From Lepidodermella squamata (lineage: Eukaryota; Animalia; Gastrotricha): a stretch of 64,000 bases of DNA. The notes beneath the pieces are model-generated. The model was given only the letters and a program-made list of their open reading frames with translations. It was not told where the DNA came from and did no database searches. The stretch is from contig JBLDXI010000001.1 of the NCBI GenBank assembly GCA_047495785.1, positions 4,340,001 through 4,404,000 on the forward strand, read 5' to 3'. Both the position numbers and the translations under genes were made by a program. Shown one piece after another: positions 25,662 through 38,689 of this stretch (position 1 is its first letter; each line of letters begins with the position of its first letter).

Positions 25662-26675
25662 TTTTCTCTGATGATTCTGAAATCTGAAAGTTTTGAATGA
25701 GCTCAGACTGTGCAAAGGAAAACTAGGAGATTTTCTTTTGCCGTAATATTTAATGGTCTATTGGTTGTATCGTATTGCTCTACATGACTTTGTATCCTTC
25801 CCTCAATTTAACGATATAAGTCGAAGTTGTAAGTCCGTGAAGCTCATTAGGCGTGAAATCCCGAAATCGATGATTGCTGACTGATGCATTTTTGTGATTT
25901 TATTTGTGATTTTATTTGTGATTTTATAGTCCGAACTTAAAGTCCGTAAAAGGCGGGCGAACTCGGGTGGCTCGTGACGAATTTGCGGTTGTGTATCCTG
26001 CGGTTTTGAAAAAAGATTGTCAACCAATAATCGCAGACATTTTTTGTTCGGCCAATACCTTCTACCTTCATGCGCAAAATCAGTTGGAGGAAGTAGGCAC
26101 CAGAATGCAATAGTATTCCTACGGGACCTTTCTTCCATCGGAAAAGTCTGGTTTACTCATCGCGGCATTACGCAAGGCATATTTCTGGGTCAGGCTCGTG
26201 TTCCGATTCATCGCATGCATGACCATAAGTTGGCGGCAATATCTTCGGGTTTTTATTTTATGTAACCTTTCAATTTATTCATCAGCTCAATCTAAGTATA
26301 CATCGAACACATCGAAAGATCTTGAACCCGGTAACTTATGCCACAGAGTTACGAGACAGCACGTGACAGAGAGAAACTTTCACTTATGTCTTCATCGCAG
26401 TTTTCCTTTTGCAGCTTTACTGTCATAATCATCTTGCCTCATGGAAATTTGCACTGCTTGCTTTTGATATTCTCCTGTATTTTCCATTGGTTTGAATGGG
26501 ATTAGAACGAAGAGAAGCGAGGGGAATTTTGGATTAAGGTTGCATTGATATAGTTCCTTTTTTATAGTATTATGCAGGTCAGATTGCGGAGTGTTTTCAT
26601 CATGACTCGACGAGACCATTTATTATCATTTAATAGCGAATAATTGAAAAGAAGTGAATGCCTATTCAGGTTTCA

Positions 26676-26801
26676 GGCTGCCTAATTAAACTTTCTACAG
26701 TTGCCATGACAGAAATTTGTTAGACTGCTCTCAGCGTCAAATTATCAATTCAGCATATTCAATTTCTGTCATTGCAGTTGTAGAAATTAAATAAGGCAGC
26801 G
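26676..26801. repeat. Imperfect ~40-bp inverted repeat (MITE-like hairpin)
   Basis: GCTGCCTAATTAAACTTTCTACAGTTGCCATGACAGAAATT pairs with AATTTCTGTCATTGCAGTTGTAGAAATTAAATAAGGCAGC. Confidence 0.55.
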
Positions 26802-27389
26802 CCTGAGATCGCGCTGATGGCCATTTTCAAATCATTTGCGGATCCGTTTGGTCAAATTTCATCAACAGAAAAGGTTAGGAAAAGTTAGGAAAGGTTATTT
26901 CAGCCTGTTGTTTATTAAGGTTTCTTGTTTCCTATCAGAATCTTTGTCTTTTGTCTTTTCTAATTCCTGATAAATACCGCGAACAAAGCATTCAACTATT
27001 ACGTGATTATTCACCTCAATGACATGCGAATGCCCCTTCAGCTGCATTTTTCCTTCCATGTTTTTGATGCTTTTTGGCACAGCCTTCAGCGGCTTGCCGA
27101 ATCTACGATCGATCAAAAGGGGCCGACTCAATGGCAAAGAAATGAGGATGCAGCTATTTGACTATTCCACCTACAGCAAACCGGGGCACAAACACATAAT
27201 AGCCTTTAAATGAATAATAAATCATCGTATTGATCGGATTCGCCTGCGTCAAACTTTCAGTATCAGGTTTGTGGCACCTAGTCAAGCGATCCAAAACCAT
27301 AGAAACTAGAAGCTAGAAGTTATAATTAGTGCTTTCGAGCTGTTCATCTTCATCTCCGCCAGATAATTGCATGGTCTAACTCGCAGTTG

Positions 27390-28260
27390 TGTTTCGAGAA
27401 TCATGCTAGCGCAGGGCATCTGTCCATGCTCCTCGCGTACTGGGAGCACAAGTTTTCTGGTTATGTCCGAAATTGTCTCTTCCGGGCCCATTCGCAGCTC
27501 GGAAAGTTGGTGCTTTAGGTTGGTGGCACGTGAAGCTGCTTTGGACTCGAAATGCGAAATGGAGAGTTAAAGCGTTCCAGATATCTCTAGCTGTTGTCAA
27601 ATCGTTGACTAAGAATAGGCACTCCGGGGCTAACGATTGAATTATTGTTTTCTTGGCTATTGCTGCGTTGGCTTTAGCTAAGGCTACGTCGGTTGCATCA
27701 TCAATGTGCCTATTGGTGCTAGATCAATAGCCTACTAGCCAGTGACGCAAACGGGGCTTACCTTTTGTGGTCGTCGACATATCGACTTTGATCAACATGT
27801 CTCGACGCTCTCTGGAAGAATGGGCTACCCTGGGTCAAAACCAGTTTTCCCAAATTCCTTCATTCCCGACATCGGCAATAGCTTTGATAGTGACAGGGCG
27901 CCCTCCTGCGGTTCTCTCCTCTTCTATCGCGCGCTTGAGTATTTCTGCGGAAACAGCTTCGGTCCCGCCGTGTTTGGTCACTTCGAAGACCGCTAGTGAA
28001 TGCAAACTTCAACCCGCTTCTGATACAACCATTTGCTCTATCAGGTGGCAGCATTTGTTGTAATAGTCGCGCGCTGTCTCGCTCGGTAGCTGCACTGCTT
28101 CCCTGAGCCGTCTAAAGGCCTCAACGTCTGATGGACGGAGACCAGTAGCATCGGTAGGCTTGCAATGGCTGTCCTATGCATCCTTTTCAGAAGCGGCTGA
28201 GCATCGCATCTAGAAAGACCAGAAGTAAGGCGATAATCCCTTCGATTATTGTGGCGCAGC
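27390..28260 (-). mobile_element. Ty1/Copia gag remnant (partial copy at ~45590-46160)
   Basis: ECLFLVNDLTTARDIWNAL and LKHQLSELRMGPEETISD, frameshifted. Confidence 0.65.
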
Positions 28261-28859
28261 ATCTCAATAGGTTGTGAATGAATAGCGATGCCGCAACCTC
28301 CATGTTCTTAGTGCGGCTGGGCCGAGTTTAAGGGATGCCATTTTTGAAGATGAAAGATATAAAATTAAAAGAGAAAAATTCAACTATTCAAGTTGCCCGT
28401 CTTTCAGCTTCGCTTTCATGTACCCGCAGTAGTCCTTCAACCACCATGTCAGTTGTACAAATCTATATTTCAGATTACGCCTGTAGTCCCTCAGTTTTGG
28501 CCGATTTCATCTAAAAAACTGTTTTAGATCAGCAAACTCAGCGGAAAAGGTTAGGAAACATTGTAATCTGCATCTAAGTTTAGTTATCTAAGATTTCTAT
28601 TTTTCTCAGAACATGTGTCCTACCTATTAATTCCTACCGGATCAATACTGCGAACAGGTTTTTTGTCTACACCAGAGTACGGTCCTCCGGCAGCACTGTT
28701 TCTTCCGAATGGTCGACTATTATGTTGTATTGAGGTTGTCGTATAGTCGATCGTTTTGTCCATGCTACTCGCTTAGTCGCGTTGTAGTTGTTTGAGCCTT
28801 GCTGGATGTTTTCGTGCTGTTTTTCTATGGGGAAACCTGCCAGAGTAGCGCATTTGTTC

Positions 28860-29330
28860 ATGCGCCACACGTAATGATAGCGAAGCTTGAGGCTGTCGAA
28901 TGGTAGAGTGCGAAGTAAAGTTCTGCCCCATAGAAAATGAACGTAAATCATCATCCGACTGAACTTTTAGGTCGAATTTTGGGACTGCAATTTCTTGTCT
29001 AGCGAATATACTGATGTCACTGTCGCAGAGGAGTAGCCTTGCGGATTCCAATCCTCGCATCAGCACACCCCAAAAGACGTCGATCGTCCAAACTTGTTTG
29101 CCAAGTTCACAGTACACTTCCGTCGTGGGAATTGGGTATAATCCACGACAGTCGCTAGGAGCAGTCGCAACCAAACAACTTCAGAACCAGCGGAACTCAA
29201 GGCCAGGTATTCCGCTTCCATAGAACTCATGGCGCAGCTGGACTCCTTTCGGGATAGCCAGTTCACTTACCCCCTACCAGCTGAAGCATGTAACCGGATG
29301 TCGATTTTCGATCGTCGGGATCCTAACACC
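28860..29330 (-). mobile_element. Ty1/Copia RNase H remnant (copies at ~46680-47130 and ~44990-45175)
   Basis: NWLSRKESSCAMSSMEAEYLALSSAGSEVVWLRLLL and KLRYHYV. Confidence 0.85.
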
Positions 29331-29338
29331 AGCTGGCA

Positions 29339-30310
29339 TCAGAGTAAGCTTTCTTCAGTTCCTTCATTTCCGACAGAGTGCACCTCTTCGTCGGAAGAAT
29401 CAGAAGTGTTAACCATTCCAATGAATCGAGATTTCGGGTTAACTAGCGCGAATAACTTGATAATAAGAGTGAAAACAATAAAGGCGATGACGATAGTGAA
29501 TAGTAAGGTGATGCAATCCCACAATTTGTTCCACCAGCTCTCTTCCTCCGATTGTTGGCGCACCTTGTGGAATTCTGGTTGATGCCCGTTTTGTCTCCTA
29601 ATACTATCTCGAATTTTCGAACATCTCCCTGCTGAGATTGCGCGATTGTTCTCGAGACTCGTAAAAATCACTCGCCTATTACTTTCTGGCGAGTCGCTCG
29701 GCTATTTCGTCGAATTTACGACTTTAATCAGGGATTACAGCGCGATCTATCATCTCGATATGGAGATCGACTCGTCCGGCTGGACCAATGTTACTCCGGT
29801 CTGCAGTCTGTCCATTGCAAAACTGCACGAGATGAACGACTCAACCATGGAATTGCTTGTTTCGAGTTTATCATCGCAGCGCAACGTGATTATTGTGCCT
29901 GCAGTCAGATTTACTTGACCTCGCTTCATTTGCCTTCTTCCGTTAGCGTCTTTGACTTGATTTTCTTTCAACTTTTGAGGCTTGCTTTAGAAATTAATTT
30001 CATCTCCACTCCTGGGCAGTCCAGAATCACCATGTCCTGGTAAGTTGATCTCGGTGGCGCTAAACAAGACGGATTTGTCTGTAGTGCTATGTAGTCCAGA
30101 GTGAATATTCGACATTCTTTGGTGATTAGTGGAATTTTCGCAGATAACAATACTCGGAGTTCGGAGATGAGCTATAACATTATGACCGATTGAACGGAGA
30201 GCAAAACAAAAATCTTTCTTATTTGTCCATATTTGGCATACAAATTTAAGAATTCAAATTCGACAGCTGTCAGTCGAGAATACAGTCGAAAGTTCAAGTC
30301 GGGCCATTGA
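29339..30310 (-). pseudogene. Degenerate envelope-like type I membrane protein (copy at ~47138-48118)
   Basis: Cys-rich broken frames, then SWWNKLWD, a TM segment (ITLLFTIVIAFIVFTLII) and an acidic tail. Confidence 0.4.
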
Positions 30311-31634
30311 TTTTATCAGACGACCTCATACGAATGGACAGGGAAGGGGGAGGGCAGTTCTGGGGGATGGTTGGGGGATCAGGGGTATTTAAGGATGATA
30401 GATTGCCCCGAACCCTGAACGTGGTTCATAATCGCATATAAGTAAAGGATGTAAGGCTTCGCAGTTTCATCTGGAATCCGTTGAATCCGTTGGAATCCGT
30501 TATGACGTGAAATCGTTTAATCAATTGTGAAATCAAGTGGTGCCTTGTTCAATTTCCAAAGACATTCCGCTTGCTTTCCAACACTAGAATTTATTGTTGG
30601 AACACTAGAAACTAACGACTAGAATTTAGACTCCCCTGGTAGGGCGGCTGGCTGGAGAAAACAACATCGGTCCCACCGCGTTCGGCAGCGACGCCTTAGT
30701 CGCTCCAAAACCGTTAATGAATGCGGCTTCCGATATATACCCATTTGCTCCATTGGAGGCGGAACCTGTTCTAAAAGCCACAGGCTGTCTCGCTTGGTAG
30801 CAGCGCTGCTTCCTTGAGCCGCCTCTGAGCCTTCTTAAGGCCTCAACGTCTGATGGACGGCGACCAGCGTTGTCGTTGCTTGGTGCGTCCATGGCCCAGA
30901 ATTTCTGCCACTTTCGATGCGCTTTCGAGCAATGAATTATGAATAAAACCTAAGAGTGGATCTTTACTGTTTTTTTTTGCTGTTTTGTCAAGGGCTGATT
31001 CAAAATATCAGAAAACCACGATTAATCCTTAAAATTAAAATTAGAGCAGAAAAGAAAATACAGATTAGTTTCGTTTCAGATCACGATATTTTTCGATTCC
31101 CAATTAATGAAATGTTTTTTAGCTGTTGGAAATTGAGCGAATTCATTATTTTTAATGCATTAACAATTGTGTAATTTAATCACTATTACATGCTGTAAAA
31201 CGGCGACTTCTTTTCATTTTCCTATGAATTTGATGTTTTCGCTATGTGTGATGGCATTCGCCATCACACCTACGAAACTCTGCGTTGCCATGCCCAGCTG
31301 TTGAGGCCAAGTGTGAAAATTTCCTATTCCATAATTTTTACACTTACTTTTATTGAGGGCCATAAAGTGGCAAGGCAAGGAGTTACATTTTGCAACAAGC
31401 TTGTTTAACATTTTAGTAAAAAGACGCTTTTCATAACACTGTAATTGATGTTTACCGTTTATGCTCAACACTTTCATTGCTGTTCTCACTCTGCTCTTAG
31501 GTTAAATAATAACATGTTTGCAACCTGGTCTGGATCTGGTTGTTCCTAACTATCCTTACCAGACGACTCGTCGAGAACTGAGGCATCGTAATCGTGTCTC
31601 GTGTTAAGGGCCGTAGATCAGGGACGCATGGTGA

Positions 31635-32282
31635 TCAGTTAATGTCATATTGTCGCATATAGACCGTGTCATCAAAGAATATGTGCTGGTCCAGAATACG
31701 ATTACACGGCACCAGGCGTACACCAGCCGTTCCCATCTGCGACTCGATGATCCAGTTATTGCTTACTAGGTCAACCAGCGGCAGATCTTCGAGAATCGGC
31801 ATCTCCTGCAGCGCGATCCGGGCAGGCAACGTGATACGCATGTTTAGCGTGACTGCACAATATTCCAGCCGTGGTATAGTATTAGTCCCCAGGATTTGGC
31901 AGAGCTTGTGTCGAGGCTACAACTGCATCCTAGCTGCTCCGCTCAATACGACTCGCGAGTTCCAGTATTCCAAGACATTTGTCGCGCCTACGTCGAGTGT
32001 GCTTGGCACATTATCCGTTCGGGCCGTTATTCTCGCAAGGCTGGTTGCAGCTGGCGCTATCTGCCGATTTACGTAAGGCGCATCATTTTCACTCTCGATT
32101 ATGGCCGTTGTTGTATTGGTAATTGTTCCGTCCGCATTTTGCCATGTTTTACTCGCTCTAGCCGACATTGAAAACCGCCGAGTTGCGTTCGTTCCATTCG
32201 AGTAGGCAGGTGGATCCTCGCAATCTTCCTGGCTGACTGGTACCATATATGCTAGTTCTAGGGCAAATAGGTTGTTGAACAT
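31635..32282 (-). pseudogene. Unknown ORF split by one in-frame TAG (copy at 49442-50101)
   Basis: ORFs 31917-32282 and 31635-31841 are in the same frame. Both duplicate copies carry the stop. Confidence 0.4.
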
Positions 32283-33869
32283 GATAAGATAAAACTTTTA
32301 GAAATGTCAAGGAAAAATGTTTGTGAGTTTTTCATCGCGGAAAATCTCGCCAATTATATTGGCGAAATTCGATGAAGTTTTGACACCGGGTTCTTGCATA
32401 GCCTGATTCTCGGAGGCATGGTGATGATTTCATAGCCATCCTCCCAGTTGCCCCATGGAAAGATGTAGCACGTGAAGTTTAAGTAACAATAATAAGGATC
32501 AGGATCAGGCTGGGTCCGCTTGCTATTTTGCAGTACTATTTGGTAATAACGTAATAGGTTTTATTATACTCATTAACTGGAGTATAAGATTCCATGCAGA
32601 AAGAAGTTCAAGATTCATGACATAAGAGGAAAGATACAAGAGAAAGGCAATATTTTCCCTCGAATTCAATAAATTCATTATTATAGAGATAAGAAATAGA
32701 TTTTAGATATTAGAAGGCAGAGTATGGGTGATCTTGGCGACTCAACGGGGAAACTTAGAAGGAAAATAACTACGGGTGAAGGCTCAAGAGAGAGAGGGAT
32801 GGGGGAGAGAGATGGGTGATGAGTGAGAGTGTGGGAGGGTATTCCGCTGGCTCTCCAATAATAGAAGATATGGTAGATTAGAAAATGTCAGAATCAAAGT
32901 AATCACAAAATGTCGATGCCTTGCTTAAGACGCTGCAAATTCTGTCAGCCATGATAAAATGTATCAATCTGGAAACAAATCTGCAGATGAGGCCTCAAAC
33001 GACTAGGTAAGCTTCTAGTTTTCCTGAACTGCATGTCAGATAACAGTTTGTCTTTTCACTTTTCAGATCCTCAACGTCGGTTTTATCGATTCGGTCGACT
33101 TCTTTCGTAAGATACTGACTGGCTACAGGTCTCAACGGGCATTATTTGTTTTTTAATGTTGCCAAGAAAATCGAAAATGGAAAATGGAATAAAATGGAAA
33201 TTGAAAATGGAATAAATGAGCCATATTGATCGCTCATGCTCTTTTTATCAATCTTGTTGAGATTATTTTCAATTTCAATTTCTCGGCCTTAGAAACTTTT
33301 AGGTGAAACGATCTGGCTAAACAGCTCTTCCTGAATCAGATGTGCTCAAAATTTGTAGCCCGAAAGATAGTTTCACACTCAGAGGTTTACGTAACATCCG
33401 AATAACTGTCCACGCAGCAGAATGCTGCTTGAGCTCGTACTTAAACCCATTTTCGTATAGTGGCGGCTTGCGGCGGTTGGGCATCGTTTCTCCTGCAAGT
33501 TTTTGCATGCTTTTTGCCAGGTAATTAAAATGCTGGTTGAAGCTGGCTAGCAATGACGTTGTTGAATGGCGTCTATTATAAAGGAAACTACATTTTAACT
33601 TAACCGATTTCGCCTCGGTCTATTGGAGACTCAATACTGTCGATATTGGCCTTATAAATCACCCCACCGTCGACCTTGACAACTCTGGGTGGCAAACGCA
33701 CTAATTCGCCAACGCAAATAACTACGCCTTAATAAAGTGGAATATTTCATAATTTTTTATATCATTCTATAGCCCGTGAAATACTGCAATCAAAAACCAA
33801 GCTAAATGTATAAAATAAAATAAGGGCTGGAAGATTTTAGACCCTGGAAAATAAATTGTAGTTTTGTCG

Positions 33870-34022
33870 CGCTTAATGCTTAGCAATTTTAAGCAATCGA
33901 ATGTGAATGACCCAATGCTTAAACCTTAAGCACTACGCTCAATGCTCAAAACAGCACTGCTTAATGCTTATTGCTTATTGCTTATTCCTGATAATGCTTA
34001 TAATGCTTAATACTTAAAGCAA
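33870..34022. repeat. (AATGCTT/TTGCTTA)-motif repeat patch
   Basis: Many dispersed ATGCTT/AAGCA copies in both orientations. Confidence 0.5.
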
Positions 34023-34954
34023 CGATTTGTGAACCAGGCTTTACGGTTACGGAGAAAGTCAGTGTCAAGTTGGTCACGTGACCTTACCTAAGCTGGTGTC
34101 ACACCTGAGGGGATATCTCATTACATAGCGTGAAGCGTGATGATACCTATCTACCTAGAAATGCATCAATTGGGTCATAGGAATGATACTTCATCCAAAA
34201 TCGATTTTAATGACACTTCAGTGCAGTTTGGTGACAGTCCCAGTCCCAAAAACCGGGTCCTTGCTCATCGCCAAGCCGACGAGGCACTGGTCATTTATCT
34301 GTTTTCACCGAATTCGTACGATTTCCCAGCGCAGTGATATACCTTTTAGACACATTGGGTTGTAATCACCCTATACAGGATTATTTTGAATATAAGGTGG
34401 TCGAAAAGCTACCATTGGCCTTTAATGGGTTTGTAGAGATAAATCGAAAAAAACAGCTTTGTTTTAAAAGTTTAGTAAAATACAACGCCGACGTAGCTCC
34501 TTTGCGGAAAGAACTTGGCTGGCTGGACTTGTCTGGCATGCGCAATGTCCATTGGCAGTTTTTCAGATTTATTGTTTCAAGTCCATCCAACATTAAATAT
34601 TAAGTTGCGCTCGGACCAGGGGCAGAGTCAGGTATTTCATCATATCATTATATCATCAAATTATCATACGTCATTATGATTAATTTGTTTATCATTATAT
34701 ATTTTATTATTATTATTATTTTTCGTTATATTGACTCGTTTTGATTCTGGGTGACTGGTTTGCAGCTGGTTTGTTTGGGTGGTTCGCTTGGCTTGACGCT
34801 TTGTTCTGTTCGTAGGATTGCTGCGTTGTTCCGAGTCGAGTTCGGGTTTCGGGATTGGTCCTCAACACAAAATAAATTAAGCACGAGGGGAGGCTCAAGT
34901 TTACTCAATAAGATTTTTCCGAGACTGCAGGTGATGGGTGAGTTTCTCAGATGA

Positions 34955-35180
34955 AGGGCTCAGATGAAGGCTCAAGGCACGTAGGCACGTATGACGTAGG
35001 CTCAGGGCGAAGGCTCAGTCAAGGCTCTGTAAAAGGCAAAGCACAATTGTTTACTATTTCCAGGGCTCACCAGTTGGCTCGGTCAGGGCTCCAACCAGGC
35101 TCAGGCTCGCGGGCTCAGGGTGGAGGCTCAGTCAAGGCTCTGGGCTCAAAGGCTTAAAGGCTCAAAGGTTCAAGGCTCGC
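34955..35180 (+). repeat. GGCTCA-motif repeat patch
   Basis: More than ten GGCTC(A) copies in ~220 bp. Confidence 0.55.
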
Positions 35181-35581
35181 CAAAATGTCTGTCGTGTATA
35201 AAGCACAATAATTAGCCATAATAAGCAAACGTTACTTCAAGCAAACGTCCATTCATCTACGCTGATGTTTCGATGCGTCATAGTCTGCTATTGACTTGTT
35301 CACCCGATGGGATCATTGACTTGTTCACAATCAGTAAGCCAAGTTGCTTTCGCAGCTTCCAAGTTGAGCGATATTCAACACTCAACGCTCGATTTCCATT
35401 GTTCAAAAAATCAAGCAACCGACGCATTTGTTGTAGATATTACGCGGATTTATTTATTCCGGGTATATACAGTATACAGTAGTAGTTTTGCGTGTAGTAG
35501 TACACTTTAATTTTAATATTTGTAATTTTTAATATAGGTATTTTCTTTACAGTAGTGAAGAATTCGAGTACGTCCTTCACT

Positions 35582-38500
35582 TCACCCACAGCAAGTCTGG
35601 AGTTGAATTTGGATTTCAGTCACTCCCCGTTCCCCGTTTGTTGATGTGTTTTGGGCTGTTACAAAACCATTTCCCAGCGTCGTTTGACTCGACAACAAGC
35701 GCCGTTCTTTATTCAGTTTCGTCATGGGGCCAGGTGCAAATCGCGAGCACCGACCTCGCAACTCCATCACAGTGAGGCCAATCACGATGTAAGCGAACGC
35801 TAGACTGACCCCAGAGACCACAACCATCAAGTGATGCTCATTGGTCACATAGATGACTGTCAGGGGCAGAAACGCAGCCAAGAGCGTGGTCATTTCACAG
35901 AATATTACTATGCCCGTAACGGAGAAACTGTGCGATCGCTCCATCTTTTTGGCAACCTATAAATGGGGTCCATTCGAAAATAGCTAATTAAATTGAGTGA
36001 ATTCTTACTCTAATAACACTTTGTTGTGATGCAATAGAGCCGGCGATCATCACGCATTGCAGGAGGCAAAGTTCAATGAAGGACAGTAGAGCCGAGCTAT
36101 CTGATAGATCGATTTTACAAAAGAATTTGATTTCAACGTTCATGACATCAGGGTCCTTTTCTGATGGGCGCTGTCCAGTTTGAAATTCCGAGTACTCAAT
36201 AAGAGGCAAAATACCACCTAGTAGAGGAAGGTTGATAAACAGCCAGAAACAGCTCTTTCCGAGCTGTTTCAAGGAATGCGTCTCCTTCAGCCGATGCTTC
36301 TTCTCAAGCCTGAAAGCCGTAAGAATCGCCTCCATCTTTGAATAATTTCCGGCGAATATTGCGCATAATCCCGCGAAAATAAGAACACCGTAAGCTTGGC
36401 ATGTGGATATTGTTTCAGAATCGATCGAGAAGGGTAGCACGAAGACCTGAAGGAGTAACAAAGAAGCTCCTATTAAGGTGGATCGACTTTGCTTGACGAT
36501 GGAACGCGGCATTATTGCCGAATCGCATTCTTTTGGGAGAATCAATCGAAGAGTGATGCTTGATGGGAAAACCAGAATCAATGATAGAACGAGTCCAATC
36601 GCTCCGATTCCTTTGAGATTTAGTAAAGATTTAGTAAGAAAGTAAATTAAGCAATTGGTACATTAAATTGAAAATTACAGCAAATATCTTTGACTAAAAT
36701 AAAAATATGAGAGGTTTCACCGAAATTTCCACGATTATTAACGAAGTCAACCCTCAATTCCCACTCCAGGAAAAGCCTCAATCTCTCACCTGCTAGGGCT
36801 CCGTAGGTTTCGGTCGATACTAGAGCGGTGACCATGCGGACATGAGAGAATGAATCGGCGAATTTTCTACCCGTCGGAGTTCGCCACTTGATGGCACCTG
36901 GTATAGCAAACAACGGCCCTTCCTTTGCAGATTTGTTCCGCAATAGATCATAAACAGCGATATCCCTCAAAATCAAGGTATCTCGAGAAAAATCATCAAA
37001 CTGATATTGAGCGATGGTTGCAGGGTTAAAGCCAAGTGTGTTGCGACCAGTGTCACGGCTGAATCGATAAATGCCTCTTTGTCCTGTTATCGTAGGCAGT
37101 GAATACAAAGCATCTCGCATTAATTCAGCGTAAGCTTGTGAATGGGTAAGAAATCGATCAGAAGACACCGTCCAGTCAGAGATTGTTTCATTTCTAGTTT
37201 CGCTGAGGATTCTTTCGAACGCATCAAGCCAATAACCGAGAAAAAGCGTTTGGTCGTAGACGTTGGTGGCCCAGATTTGCAGGTATTCAAAATCATCGAT
37301 TTTTTCCCTCAGAGCTGCCTCGTATGCTGTGTAATCTAAGCCCGTAGAATCAGCCGAGTTCTCATCCAAATCTGACAAAGACACGTCTCCATAGAAAAAC
37401 ACGTTTGGAACGATTTCTTGTAGCATTTCGCACGTGCACCACGAACGCATCTGTTCTGATAGGTAACAACTTTGCGGAGGCAACTCGCTTGCAGCAATAC
37501 GGCTAATGAGAAATGCGTAATTAGGCACATAAGCGCCGAATTTGTGCAAGAAGCACAGTGGAACTTCTGGAGTATCGGTATGCAGGAATATGATCCGAAC
37601 GCCTCGGTTGAGAATTTCCTCGACAGCGCTTGAAATCTCATCCGGCTCGACTACTCTAATTTTAATTAGCGACACCAAGCTGATCTGTCGCCTTTCTAAC
37701 AAATCGACAACGATATCATCCATGCCATTGTAGTAACTGTTCCAGTCGGATATTATTGCCACTTTATGCCAGCCATTCATCCACATAAAGTCGACAGCAG
37801 CAGCTGGAGCCATTGCTGGAGACGCACCCATCGGGAAAAAAGCTGAGTGAACTTTCTGGTTTTCAACCACCAATTTGTGGACGGCGAACGAATCGAGCTA
37901 GTTAATAGTAAAGAAAAGTCAACATTATACATCATCAAATGCGTTATATACCGCGACCATGTTGAGCGATTTCGCTGTTAGAGAAAATAGATATTGACTG
38001 AAATCAGGACAGACTGGTGCCAGAATGAAAGGAAGTCGATACATGTTGCCTTCATCGTCATGCGTGAAATTTCCGATGACTTGAGGAATGGCATGGTAAT
38101 CATCGCACTGCATAAGGAAACCCAGATTGAAAATTTAAATGAATGAATTAAGATATCATTATTTGGGCAATCGATATGTTATCAATAAGTTATCGATATT
38201 TGTGCTCTCTAATGGGTTCAGCCAAGAAAATATGTAAAATGAATGATTTTTCATGAAAAAAACAAAGAATAAATATTTGTTTTATTATGTACTTCGAAAT
38301 TTTTGTTTAATGTTTGACATCGTGAAATAATTTGGCATTCTTACGTTGTCGTCGACCATTTCAAAAACGAGTTCGTACTTCTGCATCAATTTCAAGCCGG
38401 ACAGGCTCAAACGATCGAGGGCCAATTGGATCGAGCGAGTCGATGAAATGCCCATAGGAAGCGTATTTCCGTAACTGACAGGCGTCAGAATTGTAACTAC

Positions 38501-38689
38501 TGGTAAATCACTGGTGTTGTTATCGAAAAAGGATGAAGAAGCAACATAACGTGTCATATTATCAGCGAATGTAGATCGGTCTTTGATGAAGGACTCATCA
38601 ACAAACTGGCGGAATTCCTTCACTGTCATGCCCGCAACAGTTTGTCGCAGCATAAAAATGTAGGAGACAAGAAGAAAAACAGCAGTCAT
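35582..38689 (-). CDS. Class C (GABA-B-like) GPCR B, ~861 aa; exons 38689-38345, 38107-37952, 37897-36790, 36610-36009, 35956-35582
   Basis: Diverged paralogue of A1 (shared YVASSSFFDN, NVYDQT.FLG.WLD, LSDSSA.LSF.ELCLLQ) with the same four intron positions and phases. Confidence 0.85.

Larger units (their letters stand above)
24011..33597 (+). repeat. Segmental duplication, copy 1 (copy 2 at ~40830-51728)
   Basis: Long colinear near-identical sequence with matching ORFs and several indels. Confidence 0.95.
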
